Counted from the stretch's first letter, positions 1-14,577 are shown. The stretch: 64,000 nucleotides of DNA from Paragordius varius (GCA_964247055.1 OZ176053.1:11532001-11596000), one strand, 5' to 3'. The notes: generated by a model from the letters alone, not told the origin. Program-made: numbers and translations.

Positions 1-573
1 GTTACGGGTAATATTTTAAGCACCTATTGAACTTATATGGCCTGATAGGTTTTCTGAAATTTTATCTCAAAGGCACGCTATTTTGATATGATAAGGCAGC
101 TTTAACGGGTATATCCTTATTCAGCAGCCAATATTAAAAAAAACTCACAAATCATATTTTTACCTTTTAACAGAGAATATCTGAATCATTAAATTTTACG
201 GTCTCATACCCTGGGCGAAAAATAGATTAAAAAAATAATATATTTGACGGGGGAATCCGGGTAAATATAGGGCAATTAAAATAGCGAGCCGATGTTCGCC
301 GCAATCGAAAATAAGCAAAAAAATCATATTTGAAATCGAATGGTCCAACACGTTTTCAAGAAAATTGTCTCAAAGACAAGATTTTAGTGGACTTCTTTTA
401 AAAAACCCGTTTTTTACACAAAGTGGGCCCGAACTGGGGGTCTAATTCAAAAAAAGAGCGTATTGTCGGGACATTCATATTTTATGTTTTCGACATTTGA
501 ATTTGAATGGGTCTACCAATTTTCCGGAAGCAGATCACTAAGCCACCACTTTCCATTTTTATAAATATATAGA
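1..573 (-). mobile_element. Non-autonomous Helitron, 5' terminus (element continues past the window start)
   Basis: Minus strand reads A|TCTATATATTTATAAAAATGG at 574/573, a typical Helitron 5' end. Bases 1-215 match 59180-59397 of the fold-back element. Confidence 0.75.
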
Positions 574-1454
574 TTATGCGTTTCTACTATCCACGTAAAT
601 TTTTTATACATTTTATAAATTTTTTTGCATAAGCTCGGCTTTTTGCTTTTGAGGGCTATCTATCGCATGCGTTAAAATTGAGTCATCCGATATTTAAACA
701 ATTTAAAAATTATCGTGTCCAATGAAAAATGCATATCAAATTGTGAATAAGTCACAAATATTAATTTTCAGCTCTCAAATTATTTGGTTGTTTTTAGATT
801 ATTTATTATTATTATTATTATTATACGAAATTATATTTATTATATTTTAGGAAAATAATACCATCAATGAAATACAAACGATTGCAATAACAAACGGTAC
901 CCACCGACTATTTTTTCCGAAAAATAACCTTACTGTAAGAAATAATATATTAAATATTCTCATATTCCTCCCAAGGATCCTAAACCTATTCAATTCATAA
1001 AATTAAAGTTAAACTTGGTTTTAAAATAAAGGTGTGGGAGGGGTCGACGAAATGGCTAATAAAAAAAGTTTTATAAAACTTTGATAGTTTATAGCGTGTT
1101 TCATCCAACTGTTTAAGACATTGCATTGTGCTTTTTATTCTTATAACATGCCGTACTTATTTTTGTTTTTTGAAATGTAATAGCGATCCTAAATATAAGC
1201 ATTAATATAATAAATAAAAGGTATATTTATATATAAAAACAAGGTTTGTAAATTTCGGAAAACAATAACTCAAAACAGTTATACCCTTATAAAGATAATA
1301 TATCAATTTTTCTACAAAACCAAAAAACTCCTGCAGCTCAAACGAATATATAATAGGGAACCCTATCGAATAAACAATAAAAAACGGAATCAAAGATACA
1401 CCAAATTTAAATAATTTATTACATTTTTGTAAGTTTTTACCGTTTCTGGATGTA

Positions 1455-2506
1455 CCAGGTGTTTTTATAATTTATTACCCGTTAAACTAAGAGGAGACGT
1501 CAGAGAAAAGTAGGCAGACGATTAATAACTTCTCCATCTAACATTAAACGACAAGCAACAAGAAAGTACCAAAAACTAGCGTCTTATTTTTATAAATAAT
1601 CAGGTCGAAATTTTTGCCGGAAAAAAACTTTTGTGGTACGCATTGACATTAGGTGAAAAAGAATGTTAAGTTATCGTTTGCGGGCAGAAAGATATGAACG
1701 TGCTCTCTGATTTACACATGTGAAACATGGTTTCGAAATTTAAGTTGTGTGATTTTATGTAAAGATGGGCGCTCTAGATTACACAGACGCTAAAGTGCAA
1801 GAGTTAAAGACAAACTGAAACAAAAAAATAATTGGCAGAATCAGTGCATTTATAATATAAGCAAACAACTGATAGATGTCTACGAATGGGAATAACCAAT
1901 AAACTCTTTAAAAGAGTGAATGTCAAAAAATGGCAAAGTGGCTTGTGAAATCCTGCTTCAACACAAAAGGAAATCATTTTTGCATGGGATCGGGACGGGT
2001 GATGATTAATAGCTTAATCTTGTAAATTCAAAACTGATAAATCGTGACTTTCATCTTGTCACATTCCATCTATAATAATGCCAAATCGCTTCGGCCAAAA
2101 ACCATGCGCTGTGCCTGGTGTGGATTACGAACTTTGTTGTATGAAATTGTAAATAAACCCCACTATCGCTACGAAAACTTAATTATAGTCATGCATTAAT
2201 CGGAAAAACCGGAATGAATATAGCACGATTTCGCTACATAAAGTTGCTATGTCTCTAGCAAAACAAGTAAATGACACCCTCGTCTCTAGGGAATTTATGC
2301 ATTCAATAAAATCTCGGAGAGCAATAACGATTTCGAAGACGCTGAAAAATGTGATGAATGATATGCCGCAAAAATAGATCAGTTTTCCGGAACGACATTT
2401 TGCATTACCTGACACCGAAATTAAAGGCGATGAATATTTTGAATAAATTGATTTTTTTCAACATTACAAGTGCATATACAAAACGGGAAAAAGTAAAAAA
2501 CACTAA
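1455..2506 (+). mobile_element. Decayed mariner (Mos1/mauritiana-like) transposon
   Basis: TA|CCAGGTGT...CCCGTT left TIR; degenerate right TIR followed by TA at 2507. Pseudo-transposase pieces CEILLQHKRKSFLHGIGTGD, PNRFGQK and terminal DEYFE*; many stops and indels. Confidence 0.8.
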
Positions 2507-2850
2507 TATCTACGATTGGCAATGAAAATGATAAATTATCTGTTGTAAACTCTTTTATTTTCATTATATTTTGCAGACTTTTTTAGGATATATTTGTACG
2601 AATACATTTATTATTATTTATTTTAAATAATTGAAATCTTTAAATTGTTTATTTCAATGTTGATTCCAATAAATTCTGTAATACATAGTGTGAACTTTTG
2701 GTTAAAAATATTTTTATAATTTTGATACACTGATTTAATTAGCTTTTAGAGAATATTCATTGTCCCAATTTAACGAATCGTTTTTTATCGTTCGACAATA
2801 AGCACATAATTTTTCATTAAGACCCCTCATTTTATAATGTCGTAACGTAA

Positions 2851-2890
<40 letters not shown>

Positions 2891-3500
2891 CAAACTTTTA
2901 TCATGAAACTAAATTAATGTTTATAGAGAATTAGGCACATCAATAAAAAGGGTCGAATAGGAGTCGAAACGATTAACAACAATATTACCCGAAAATATTG
3001 GGGTTTCATAATTCAATTCATGGATTACCCAAAATCCACGACAGATGATTTCGTGTCAGTTCATTGGCCCATTCAAACCTGTATCTTTTTATTTATATAT
3101 GATTTTTACGAAATTAATTATTTCTTTCAAAATAGCATTTTTATTCTTTATTTTCGCTTAAATTTGGAATTTTTTATTACATTATAAATAATTGTATGTT
3201 TATTCAAATAGGCAATGGGACGAGGTAATGTTTTAAATATTTAAAATAATAAAGAGTGATAGAAAATATAAACTTTGTTAACCAAACTGCTTTTAGTTTA
3301 AGGTTGTTTTCTAGCACGTAACGATTACAAGTTTAAATATCTTGAAAATACCCATTATAATGAGAGTGATTAAAAAAGAAGAGATTCAAAAAAATTTAGA
3401 AAGTAAAAATGATTTTTATTCCAAACTTTTTGCGGTCAGATGTATTTTAAACCTTTTTGTTAATTACAACAACCGATATATAAATACAAAATATGTCTAA

Positions 3501-4066
3501 CACTCCGATTCAAATTGCTAAAGACCCCCGACTAAATTTGAGTTAGGATTTTTAAAAAACTAGTGAAGGAAACTGTCTTAATTTCAATTTATGCTTCTCT
3601 CCTAATAAAAATTATATAAATATGCCAAAATGTTTAAACAAAATTTTGTTTTAAAAAAAAGTTCCATGTCAAACTACTTTGATGCCATTTTTATTTTGCA
3701 AAATTTTTGCAAAATAGCGTCTTCATTTGATATTAAGGGGAAAATTAAGGCTAATTTTTTATATAAATTACATCTAACATTGATAAAAATAGAAATAGCG
3801 GTTTATTTTGTATTTTTTTCAATTTTATCATTGCCGCATGTCACGTTGACTAAATTTTTACCTTTCGGATTTAGCTTAAAATAAGTAATATAAAGTATTT
3901 TTGAATAAAAATTTTTATATATTTCGGTTTATCAATGTTATATAAGTGCAAAATTTTGCCATGATTTCGATTCCCATATTTTTTAAAGAATTTAATTTTA
4001 AACAGGCCTGGGGTATAACTATCCCAATTTGAATCGAAGCTAAAATGAATGTGTTGTATCCAAGTG
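3501..4066. mobile_element. MITE family 1 copy (CACT...AAGTG ends, TTAA-like flanks; putative piggyBac-derived)
   Basis: Collinear with 42090-42670; subterminal inverted repeat GATTCAAATTG/CAATTTGAATC; flanks CTAA and TTAA. Confidence 0.75.
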
Positions 4067-4694
4067 TTAAAGAAATTACATATTTTTAAATACAGATTAT
4101 TCAATTTATAGGCCAAAAAATTTAATATCTTACGAATATAGCTTGTGATAATAAAAATACCCCATTATATAAAAATTTCATACTTAATAAAGTTTTTTAT
4201 CTTAATTTATCGAAAAATGAGGAATGTGATTAAGTCAAAATTAATTTTCCTCAAAATTAGTTAGGTTATATATCTTTTATATTAAATTTTTTATTCTATC
4301 ACAGTTCACATTATTTGATATTGTAATATTTTTAGACATGTGGTTCAAGTAATTTTTACCTTTTTGGGCTAAACAATTAATTATTTCTGTATAACAACAT
4401 TTTAAAGTATCATAATTTAAGATATCTTATAACATTTGGTGATATTTAAGTGTTCATCTTATGTCATAATATCGTTAAAAATATATTTGGTAATAAGGGG
4501 TGTGTTGCACCATATATTATAGAAAAAGTTATAAATACTGATAAATAAATAATAAATTATCTGTGTCGCACTTTATGGTTTGATGCATTTATTTCGCTGA
4601 TATGTCCTTTACTCCATTTTAAATATTTTTACGACATATCATTGAATCTATCCAAGAACTCAAGAACCTTAAAACTAATAAACAGTGTTTTAGA

Positions 4695-4810
4695 CGTGAA
4701 GTGATAGTATAGTAGGTAGGGCGCCGGGCAATGTGTGTGATGCACCAGAGTTGGAATCCCGAAATGGCGAAATTTTCCCATCATCACTGGCCATGAGCTG
4801 GCGAGTGTTA
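4695..4810 (+). mobile_element. tRNA-derived SINE-like relic or tRNA pseudogene
   Basis: A-box-like TAGTATAGTAGG (4705-4716) and B-box-like GAGTTGGAATCC (4748-4759) in a GC-rich island; I could not build a complete cloverleaf. Confidence 0.45.
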
Positions 4811-7317
4811 ATGCTTTCAGATGTCCTTGATACTATTTAGGTCCATGCATTTCAAAAAGAAACTCTAAACTGTTTGTTTTACATACCAGTATTCAATACT
4901 CTATATTGATGTAATATTTATAGACAAATGCGTTGGATCAGAAGCATTATAAGGAAATAATAGATATGGAAATAAAGAGTAGATACCCGAGCTTAACTTT
5001 TGACAAGGTATTAATGATATCCTATTTAGTCTTTATGTGTTTAATTTACTCGTGTAACTTGGGTTGATTACAATCAACGCTTGTTGATAAAGTCAAATCA
5101 CATCCTTGAAATCCTTTATAACCTTTATGATCTTATGGGTAAATGCTTTACGGGTGTGATTAAAATACTTCCATTTGTAATTTAATCTTTTTCATTATAA
5201 TTTTAAGCTTGTCTTATTTTATGAAGATAAAATTTCAATTCATTAGCAATTTAACAAACTCATTTACTATGCAAGCACATTGATGTGTGATTAATCCACA
5301 TTAGTTTTGACCAATTGGCTACACAGTAAAACAACAAATGTTTGAAATCTAAAAAGTTTCTCCTATCTTACAACATTAAATTTATTTTTTATTTATGGGC
5401 ATAATTTGTTTCATATTATTATACGCCACTGTAATGGCAGGTCAAAAATAATGTGAAATTGGCAATAATGCATACTAAATATTCTAGTTTTATAATATTC
5501 TCCTTTGATATAGATTGAGTCTGTATATGTTGACGGCTTTATATATGTACAACTTGTATTCAACTACTCGATATTGTTTGAACACCCGGAAAAAGTGTAC
5601 CGATGGTCTAATCGACGATGTGATTATGGAACCACATTCTTAATACAAAACCGAAAAAGTTTAAAAATATAAAATTAGATTGACCACTAAATAAGTTTTG
5701 ACAAAAACCAGTCAAAAATTTACAAACATTTGATCCACCCCAATAAAATACAAAATAAGGGGATAAAATTAAATTTTAAAAAAGTGTTAAGTTTAAAATT
5801 TGATCGAATCTCTCTTTATTTAGTTATTAAAAATATGACAGTATTAAGATAATTTTCTATCTTATATATCAATTAATTTTGACTTTTACCAAAATTTTTG
5901 TAAAACTTTTGAGTATTAATAATTTTTTCAACTTATCATACTTTTAATATTTTAGATGTTTGTGTGGATATAAATTCGAAACAATCTTTCAAATTTAGAC
6001 CTTTAAGATTGTGCGATTTACAGCCTGATGTAAGAAATTTTTTATTTATTTTCCTGAAATATTACCCTATAATCCCAATAAATCTTTTAGAAAACAAGCT
6101 TCCTTACTCTTTATGATTGAACAATGTGACCATTTTTAGATAATTATGAATAAATAAATAATTGACATCATATATATTATCACTTTCTTAATTATTAAAG
6201 TTGAATACAGGGTTGGAATTTAATCACTCGAGATATTATGTGAGACCCGTAAAAAATTTGGAAAATTACTAAATAAATTAAATTCCAGAGTTAAAAATTT
6301 CAAAATCTTGGTAAAGATATTTCCTAAACAAAGGTTCTGAATAGGTGTTTTGAATTGGTATGTTGAAATAATTAGTTGCATTTTTTTTAATATTATATGG
6401 TATTAAGTGAAAAACTAACAAATTTATTCTTGACCCTATAACTTGCAGCCTGCCGAATTTTTTAAGCCAAAAACGCGAAGCCATTTTCTTGGACACCCCT
6501 GGTTTTTACTACTTTTCAATTTATATTAAATATTTATGATAAATCAGAAACATCAAAACTTACTCAAAATTGAAAAATGGATCGCAATTATAAAATAAGG
6601 CTAAACTGTAATCATTGTATTTTGAAGAAATTGTTTTTTGACCAAAATTTACGAAGTACCATACCGTTCTTAAAACCACAATCTTAGTTCCATTATAAAA
6701 ATATATACTTATTTGTTTTTCCACAATTAAATTTCAGATGTTCGTTCAATTTTAGGACTATCCGAATTTGGTAATCGAGAAGTTAAAACTGTAATAATTT
6801 TATGTTGTTTTATCTAAAACAGGAGTGGTTTGATAAAAAAATTAAATTTTAATCAAAACAACTCTAAAATTATTTACTGCTTTAAGCTCTAGGGAAACCA
6901 TTTCAATTGTTAGCATGGACAAAAATGGAATGTAATTATGTGTTATATTAGGATTAAAATTTAATATACACTAGGCACACATTCATGAAAATCCTGATGA
7001 AAAATTTGAGAACAAATATAATGCAAAAAATTAGCATATACTAAAATTTCCTTACAATCTCGACATTTTTGCGTTTATTTAAAGACCGGCATTTTTCCGG
7101 AGTTCACATTTAAAAATTAAAATTTTTTAAAATATTGTACTTGAGGATATGTAAATATTTTTTGGAATGAATTAAGATTCACAAAAAAAATTTTAAATAC
7201 CCAAATGTGCGTAAAATTTGTCATTTTCTGATTGGGAGCAGTTACTACAAAGTCGTAAAAAATTTGGGGTCAAAAATAAAAGCAAAAGAATCCTGATACC
7301 ATTGACTATCTATATAT

Positions 7318-8348
7318 CACGGGTGGCCAACCTTTTTTTCCGAGGGTACTTTTTTTGGGAGAAAATTTGTCGCGGGCACGTGTGAATATTGAATATTAAA
7401 TGATCCACTTATCACTTCAACACAAATGATGGAAATATATATATTTCTCTATTTTTGGATTGGGGTGATCAGCATAGGCCATTTTAAAAAAATAACACGA
7501 AAAATAATTATTTTTTTATTATATATATATATAAAATCGATCTGTAAATTGGTATGTAATATAATTAAATGAATTAAATACATCTTGAAATCTGGGTTTT
7601 CTTACTGAGGTATTATGACAATCAATAAATCTTCTATGGCCGATATGTCATGGAAGACCTTGCTAATAAAAACGCATCTCGTCAAAGCGAAAAAGCTGTG
7701 CATGATCTAATATTTTCTTTAAAACTTCGGCAATATTTTGATTAAGATCCTGACCTCTCCGGCATAATTAGAAGCTTTAGTGAAGCTTTTTTTAAATTTC
7801 TCAGTCCTGAAAAAATTTGTTGCTTTTATTAGGATTTCTGAATTGTAAGTTCAATTATAGAATTTTTTTGATTTTTGACTTGCTAATATCTAAATTGTGT
7901 GTTTTATAAGTGCGAAGCGTAATCAAACGTCTTTCGTTTATTTTTATAAATAAGCCATGGTATAGTTGCATCAAACAAGTAGATTTATCAATAATTTTAA
8001 ATAATCTTAATCCATTAATTTATATAATAATATATAGCATGTTTTTCTGACTTGAATTATTAAAATATAAGTTTCAAGGATGTCTGCTTCTGTTAATTTG
8101 CTAGTTTTTAACTCTCTTCGTAAGAAATCACAAATTAGTTCGAATAAAATACATAAATATAAAATAAATTTTAGTTAAATTGTTAACAAAAAATTTTTTG
8201 CACACAAAAAACTAAATTATAGTTTTGTGGAAAAAAACGATGCAAAAATATTTTTTACATTTTTATAAAAATTTTCAGGCGCTCACGTTTTATACCTTGC
8301 CGTCACTAAATTCGACCGCGATCGACCGTTTGCCCCCCCCCCCCCCCA
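7318..8348. mobile_element. Probable hAT-type relic
   Basis: Left end CACGGGTGGCCAACC; right end CGATCGACCGTTTGCC(C)n. Similar hAT-style ends (TTGGACACCCCTG) occur at ~6500 and ~38170, and a variant at ~44095. Confidence 0.4.
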
Positions 8349-8671
8349 AATGTATAGATTCATCAGGATATTTTTTGTGCGCATAGTGTAATGACATCAA
8401 AAATTATTTTCAGTAACAGTTTGAAAATTTAATTTATAGCAAAATTATGTTGAAACGTATATTTGCCATTTTTAAGCCCGGCGGAAAGGGTAATGTTGAA
8501 CCTTCCTATCACCTTAGGTTTTTTAGAAAAATTAATTTGCCTTCAATTGTGTAAATTTAAATTGTTTTTTACAAAACGTTTAATCATGCTTTAAAATAGC
8601 ATATGGTAGGTTTCAACAAATTTAGATCAAAATTAAATTTTCATACGCGTATTTCAAATTAACTTATTTAC

Positions 8672-9209
8672 CACTTAGATATAAATTGGGGTATCTAGGA
8701 ATCCCAGACTAAATTTGATATTTTTAAAAAACTACGGAAAGAAACGGCTCCAATTTAAATTTATGCTTCTACTTTGATAATAATTATATTATAACCAAAA
8801 TATCCAAATAAAGTTTCGTTTTGAAAAAGTTCCATATCAAGCTACTTCGACGAAATTTATTTTATTATTGGCAAAATACGTGTTTATTTGCTAAAACTAA
8901 AAATAAAGCTAATTATTAATTTAAAATACATCTTACATTGATAAAAACATAAATGGTTTCGGATTAATTTTATTAGCTAATGCAAACATGTTAGGTTGAA
9001 TAAATTTTACCTGAAAATTTATTTATAAAATTAGTCATATAGTTTTTTTTAATATTAATATTCCGGTGCATCAATGTTATACAAATACAACTTTCGCAAG
9101 GGTTTCAATTTATTTCAAAATTTTAGAAATATTTGATTAAACAGACATGGGGTATCCAAAGACCCCAATTTAAATCAGAGGACTAAAATGGGCGTGCTGT
9201 ATCCAATTG
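8672..9209. mobile_element. MITE family 1 copy (diverged)
   Basis: Collinear with 42090-42670; right flank TTAA. Confidence 0.7.
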
Positions 9210-9779
9210 TTAATGTCATAATTAAATATATTAAAAAATGCATAACCCAGCCTTTTTGCGTTTATTTTAAAACTACCCATTGAACAGGCTAAAAATTGAT
9301 ATTTAATAACCTCACATCTAAAAATATTTTTTTATAGTTGTTCATTTTTATATGGTTTGTGATATGATTTGATAATATTTTTAAATTGAAGGGTTAAGAT
9401 TCCAAAAAAAATATTTAGCTTGTGTGAAATTGTTACAATTTTTCAATAAGCGATTGCCACAGCGCAATATTTTTTTATATCATTCGTAAGTCAAAATCAA
9501 AGCTTCATGATAATGCTGATGTTTATTATCAGAATATATAATTCATCAGGAATTTTATTGTAAGATTTGTGCATATGTCTGGTTAAACTAGTCAAATATG
9601 GTTTTGGGGATGGAAATAAATCTATTTCGCGCCATACCTCAAAATTAGATTATTAAAAAACCATCAAATCGAGGTACTAAGCGAAAAACATAAAATTGAG
9701 GAGTTCACACCAATAACTATCATTATTATTGATATCTAATTATTATTAAAGTTTTGGAAAAGTTGGGTATAGACTTCTC

Positions 9780-10260
9780 CAGATCTATTTATATTTTTTT
9801 ATAATGCGAAATGACCAACACAATTTTCAAACTCCACACCTTTTGGATTAGTTTTATATCCCAGAGCGATTTGAAATAGCCGAATCTAAAAATATGCTTT
9901 CTTTAACCTTTTAGGCGTATTTATAAATGTAAAATTGCAAAAAATCCTGATCTCAAACTTTTTGCCACCATTTTTTCTAAACTCTATTGCAACAGACATA
10001 TATTTGTATATTATGGTTAGAAGACGTAAATAATAATCTGTAAAAAGCTTTCAGATTACATTTTACCAGCAATTGATATATTTTGATTAATATCAACTGG
10101 TCGTTTCTAACGTTTGGAGCTGTCCCAATTTTCTACTCTTGGTCTCAAAACTGTAAAAAAATATTGGATTTCCAATAAATGAGAAGAATGATAATTAAAT
10201 TTTAACAAAAATAACTTTCAAAACTGTAGTTTTTTAACAAAATTGAGTTCTGGTATATAA
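9780..10260. repeat. Unclassified dispersed repeat; inverted homologue at ~43300-43680
   Basis: Shared blocks (TTTTATATCC.AGAGC, CCGAAT.TAAA.ATGCTT, CTTTTAGGCG, AAACTTTTTTGCC.CCATTTTT) in opposite orientation. Confidence 0.5.
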
Positions 10261-10325
10261 AACTACCCCAAAAGGTAAATTAGGACAAAAAATAAAAAGG
10301 TAATGGAGTGTTAATATAATATAAA

Positions 10326-11430
10326 CCAGATGTTGTCACAACTCTTTGCCGGTTTTGGAAAAGCACGTGATTTTGAAGGGAATATAATTTCTATTCAAAA
10401 ATGATTCCCTCGGCTTCTACACATTTCGCCCATTTTGGAATATATGAATGCCATACCAGAAAAACTGATCGTCTTTGACGACAATCTATTCCTCAGTCCA
10501 ATTTTTCCAATATCTTGAAATTATAGAAGTGCGGCTCCGCGAGCGTGTCCCATATTGATGCGAAGAGCTATAAGTGCCAGATCAGGAGATATAAAAGCGA
10601 TTTTTAGGTGTCTTTTCTTGGTTATGCTATGTGAGACGAAGTATTGCCATGTAAGAAAATCAATTTGTCATGTCTCATCTGGCCTAAACTGGTCGTTTTA
10701 ACTACTGCGTGACTTAAATTAATCATTTGTTGGCGATAGCGTTTCGTACTAACGGTATGACTGGGCTTCAAAAGCTCAATATAAACAATACCGGCCCCAC
10801 AGACACATGATGTCCTTGGAAATTGGGGTGATGGACTGGTTGGCAAGGTGAAAGTGATTTTTTTCTTTTCATTTATAAAGAAACCAATTCTATTACTCGT
10901 TACAATTTTTCTTAAAAGGATTTCCTTTTGTGTTATTGAAGCAGGATCTGAGTCCCTTTTTATTCGAGCTTATTCAAGTTGGTAGGACCATTCCAGGTTT
11001 ATTGGTCTTTCATATTGCTTATGCACGTCTACTGATAGTTTTTTGACACATGTAATTTAGGATTAATTTTTTGTGGGGTCATCATCCAATAACTATTGAC
11101 TTTAACGTATTCGCAGTTTGAGTCTGCAAGACCGACCACTTTATTTCACATATTAAAATTATATAATATTGAAATCATGTTTTAATCAATAGAGGATATC
11201 CATATGTTTCCATTCAAACGACATCTTTTGTGAAATGGAATAAGACAATGCGTGGGCAAATGTTCTTTTTCAGATTCTTCATATTAACTGAATTAAAAGT
11301 AAGATAATTTTCGGACACTTTTGTTTATTTGTCCTAAAATGTCAAATTAACAAAAACGTGTCTATAGCAAGCTAGTCGGCTGCGTACTTTTTACCGCTGA
11401 AAACCGTTAACGAATTATGACTACACCTGG
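10326..11430 (-). mobile_element. Decayed mariner (Mos1/mauritiana-like) transposon
   Basis: TIRs CCAGATGT...CCGGTT (10326) and AACCG...TACACCTGG|TA (11430). Transposase remnants YIELLKPSHTVSTKRYRQQMINL, LIFLHGNTSSHIA, SPDLA, MGHA, KDDQFFWYGIH. Confidence 0.85.
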
Positions 11431-14219
11431 TAAATTAATATACAGTTTTCAAATTTTAAAAAATATAAAAAAAAATCAGATTAATTTACATAACCTCAAT
11501 CAAATTAATTTTTTTGTGAATCTTACAACATATTTTTAATTTAATATAAAACTCGATTTTTTGTCATATGTCGAAACCGTTTATGAAACCCCAATTATTT
11601 TTAATTTTGACATAAATTAATTAATTTTTAAAGGCAATATCGGTTTTTTCCATTATTGTTTTTCTTAATTCAATTTTTAGCGACAATTAGCTTATAATAG
11701 ACATTTGTAATTTGGAATTGAAGTTTTTGTGGCTATTTATTTATCAATATCCAAAAACGCTTTCTATTATATCAGAGAAAAAAACGGAACCGGGGCCAAA
11801 TAAAAAGGGGGTTAAAACAAAATTAAAAAAGGTGTCGATTCACTTGATCTTAATCTAATGAGGCTATCTATCTAACATTTTACGATCAAATTTAGGCTAT
11901 AAATATTTTTAACACTAACCGAAAAAATATGGTAATATGCAATTATATCAATTAATCTTTATATTTTTAGCATACTTCGCCCCATAGTCAACAAAATTTT
12001 TATAAACTTTTCATTCATTGCTACTAGGTATTAGTAAATAGACTCCATTATATTCAAACACATTTACTTTTTATTCGCTTGGTGGTGAAGAGGATTATCT
12101 ACTTATTATTTATCAAAAACCTTAGAAATTAAATTATATATTAAGCTAATAATATATTTTGTCATTTTATGATTTTTATTACTGGTTGTTTACATAAGGA
12201 TTACATACATATATTATTATCTTAATAGAAATAATTTTATATTAGTGTCATCAGATATACTTTGAATATTAATGCACGATCAAAAATCTTCACTTCACTA
12301 CGTACGTATATAAGATGATGACAAAAGAATTTGTGTTTTATAAATTAACTAAACCCCTCTTTATGAATATTTATGTCCAATATTTATTTATAATAAAATA
12401 AAATTTTAGTCTTCTTATTGTCATGTTAATTTACTATACATATATAAACTTTTACGGAAAAAAGGAGTCAGTAATGTGATTGGTAATACTCTATAAGTTA
12501 GCTACATTAATAATAAAGTGTGATGGATGAAATTTTGGTTTATTTATATACTTTTGATTTTATACTCCTCACAACAGAGAGCTTGTCATCTTGGTAAATT
12601 TATAAGCACCAAATTATATAAATTCAATATCATAAAATATTAGTAAATTTAACAAATATTTGGCATATAAATATATATATATAACATATTTCTGTCCTAT
12701 CGTGCTAAAAATGTATAAATAAAATAATTTGATTAAAATCGAAACTGATAAGTAAGTAGTATTTCCAAAGCATTCATAATAATAATAATCATTGGAGGAA
12801 TACATGGATGAGAATTAATCCTCTTATTTACTGTGCTGGGAAAGTCTTTTTACTCATTTACGCTTAAATAATTTTATTTTGGAGGATTTTACAAAAAATA
12901 CATTATCGTCGATTAAATTTTATAAATTTATTCAACAATAAATATATTTTTATTAAATTTAATTGTCATAATACTCATCATAAAATTAAAACATTATCAT
13001 AATTTAGAAAATAGTATTGAAAAGTTCTAACATGTCTCTACATTTCTCCAGCCAATGTGCTTTTTTATGTCCCAAATAAATAAATTTTTACAATGATTTT
13101 TATTTATATTTTACTTTTTTTCTGTTATCAATGTATTAGATGTTTGGTTTTTTATTAATTTTAATAAATTGAAACTAACTGGATTATTTCCCAATAGGCC
13201 TATTAATTAGACTGTTGAATTTGACATGTCGAATTTATTTTATATTGTTATTAGTATGTGTATTAATATTTTGGAATAATTGATGGTTCAACTTTAATTA
13301 AAAAATATTTATTATTTTATTTTTTTGATTGTTTTGTTCAAGCAGGTAATTAACATTTTTTAGCAAACTTTGAAATACCTCTAAGCCGGGTAATTTGAAC
13401 AAATAAATCAAATAAATGGCAACAGCAGATATGTTAAACCACAAAAGTTAAAATTGTTTCAGGGAAGTCACCCCTTAGAAGATACAAAATTTTATATTGT
13501 GCTATTAGTCTATTAAAAAGGGACCTTAAGAAGTACTTATTTTATGTGGACTGAAAAATACATTGTTAAATAGCAAGGCGCATAAATAAATCTTTTAATG
13601 CAATATAAGTCATCTATAATAATAAAACAATATTTTAATTAATAGTCATAAGAAAGAGTTATAGCTCTTTCTTTAATAATATACTTAACTAATGAAAATT
13701 ATAATTTTTGATTATAAAACATATTATATATTGTCTGATGCTCAAAATATTAATAAAAGTGAAAAAAATAAAATTTTAATGTGATCCATATCGAATATCA
13801 GACGTATTGGTTAACTGGCTTTCTGCTATGGGGGTAAATATTATTTTAACTTAAACTCAAAAAATTAAGAGACAATATGTGGAAATTAATTTTTTTTATA
13901 CAGTTAAAAATGTTTTTATGTTTGTGTTTTATAGACAACCTATGATTTTAATAAGTAAAATTTATTGTGTAAATCGAGAGTACTATTTTTATACAAATAA
14001 GTTTTTTGAATATTTTATTAACAAATAATCATTACTGTGTTATAACAAAATATAGCACTCCAAGCGCGGGTTAACCCTGATTACATTAAAATCAAATCAT
14101 ACATTAAAATTTTGCATCGAATAAAAATTCTAAAATACCCTAATTTATCTGACAAGAACTGAAGCCATTCCAATTAAAGTTCCTATAACTAGAATTCCAA
14201 AATTATGAACCCTATAATA

Positions 14220-14492
14220 CAGTAAAACTGAAATTATACGGACAAAATGTAATAAATTATGAAGACAATTTTTTTTTAAAGGTAGCCATACTTTTCTAAA
14301 CCATAAGTTTTCCTTTATAAAATTTAATTACAATTTAAAATGCATAATTGATTGTGTTTTCATTTACATTTTTATTTAACTTAAAATATGAGCCCCATTT
14401 AAAAATCAAGTTCTAAAGAGCACAATAGTTTTTTTAAAAAATATTTGTCTTAATATTTTTATGTTTTGTCCGTATGATCCCAATTTTTACAG
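14220..14492. mobile_element. MITE family 2 (TA|CAGTAAAA..GAAATTATACGGACAAAA TIR; Tc1/mariner type)
   Basis: ~30-bp TIRs flanked by TA; second copy at 15907-16148. Confidence 0.6.
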
Positions 14493-14531
14493 TAGTTTTG
14501 AAAGAACAAAGTATATCATGTAAACCATTGG

Positions 14532-14577
<46 letters not shown>

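Noticed and set aside
3630-4116. Short ORFs here and at 42217-42681, 57629-58388, 60412-60663, 62317-62520, 63577-63765
   Set aside because: They lie inside non-coding MITE, Helitron or palindrome sequence, have F/I/K/L-biased composition, and their frames are not conserved between copies.
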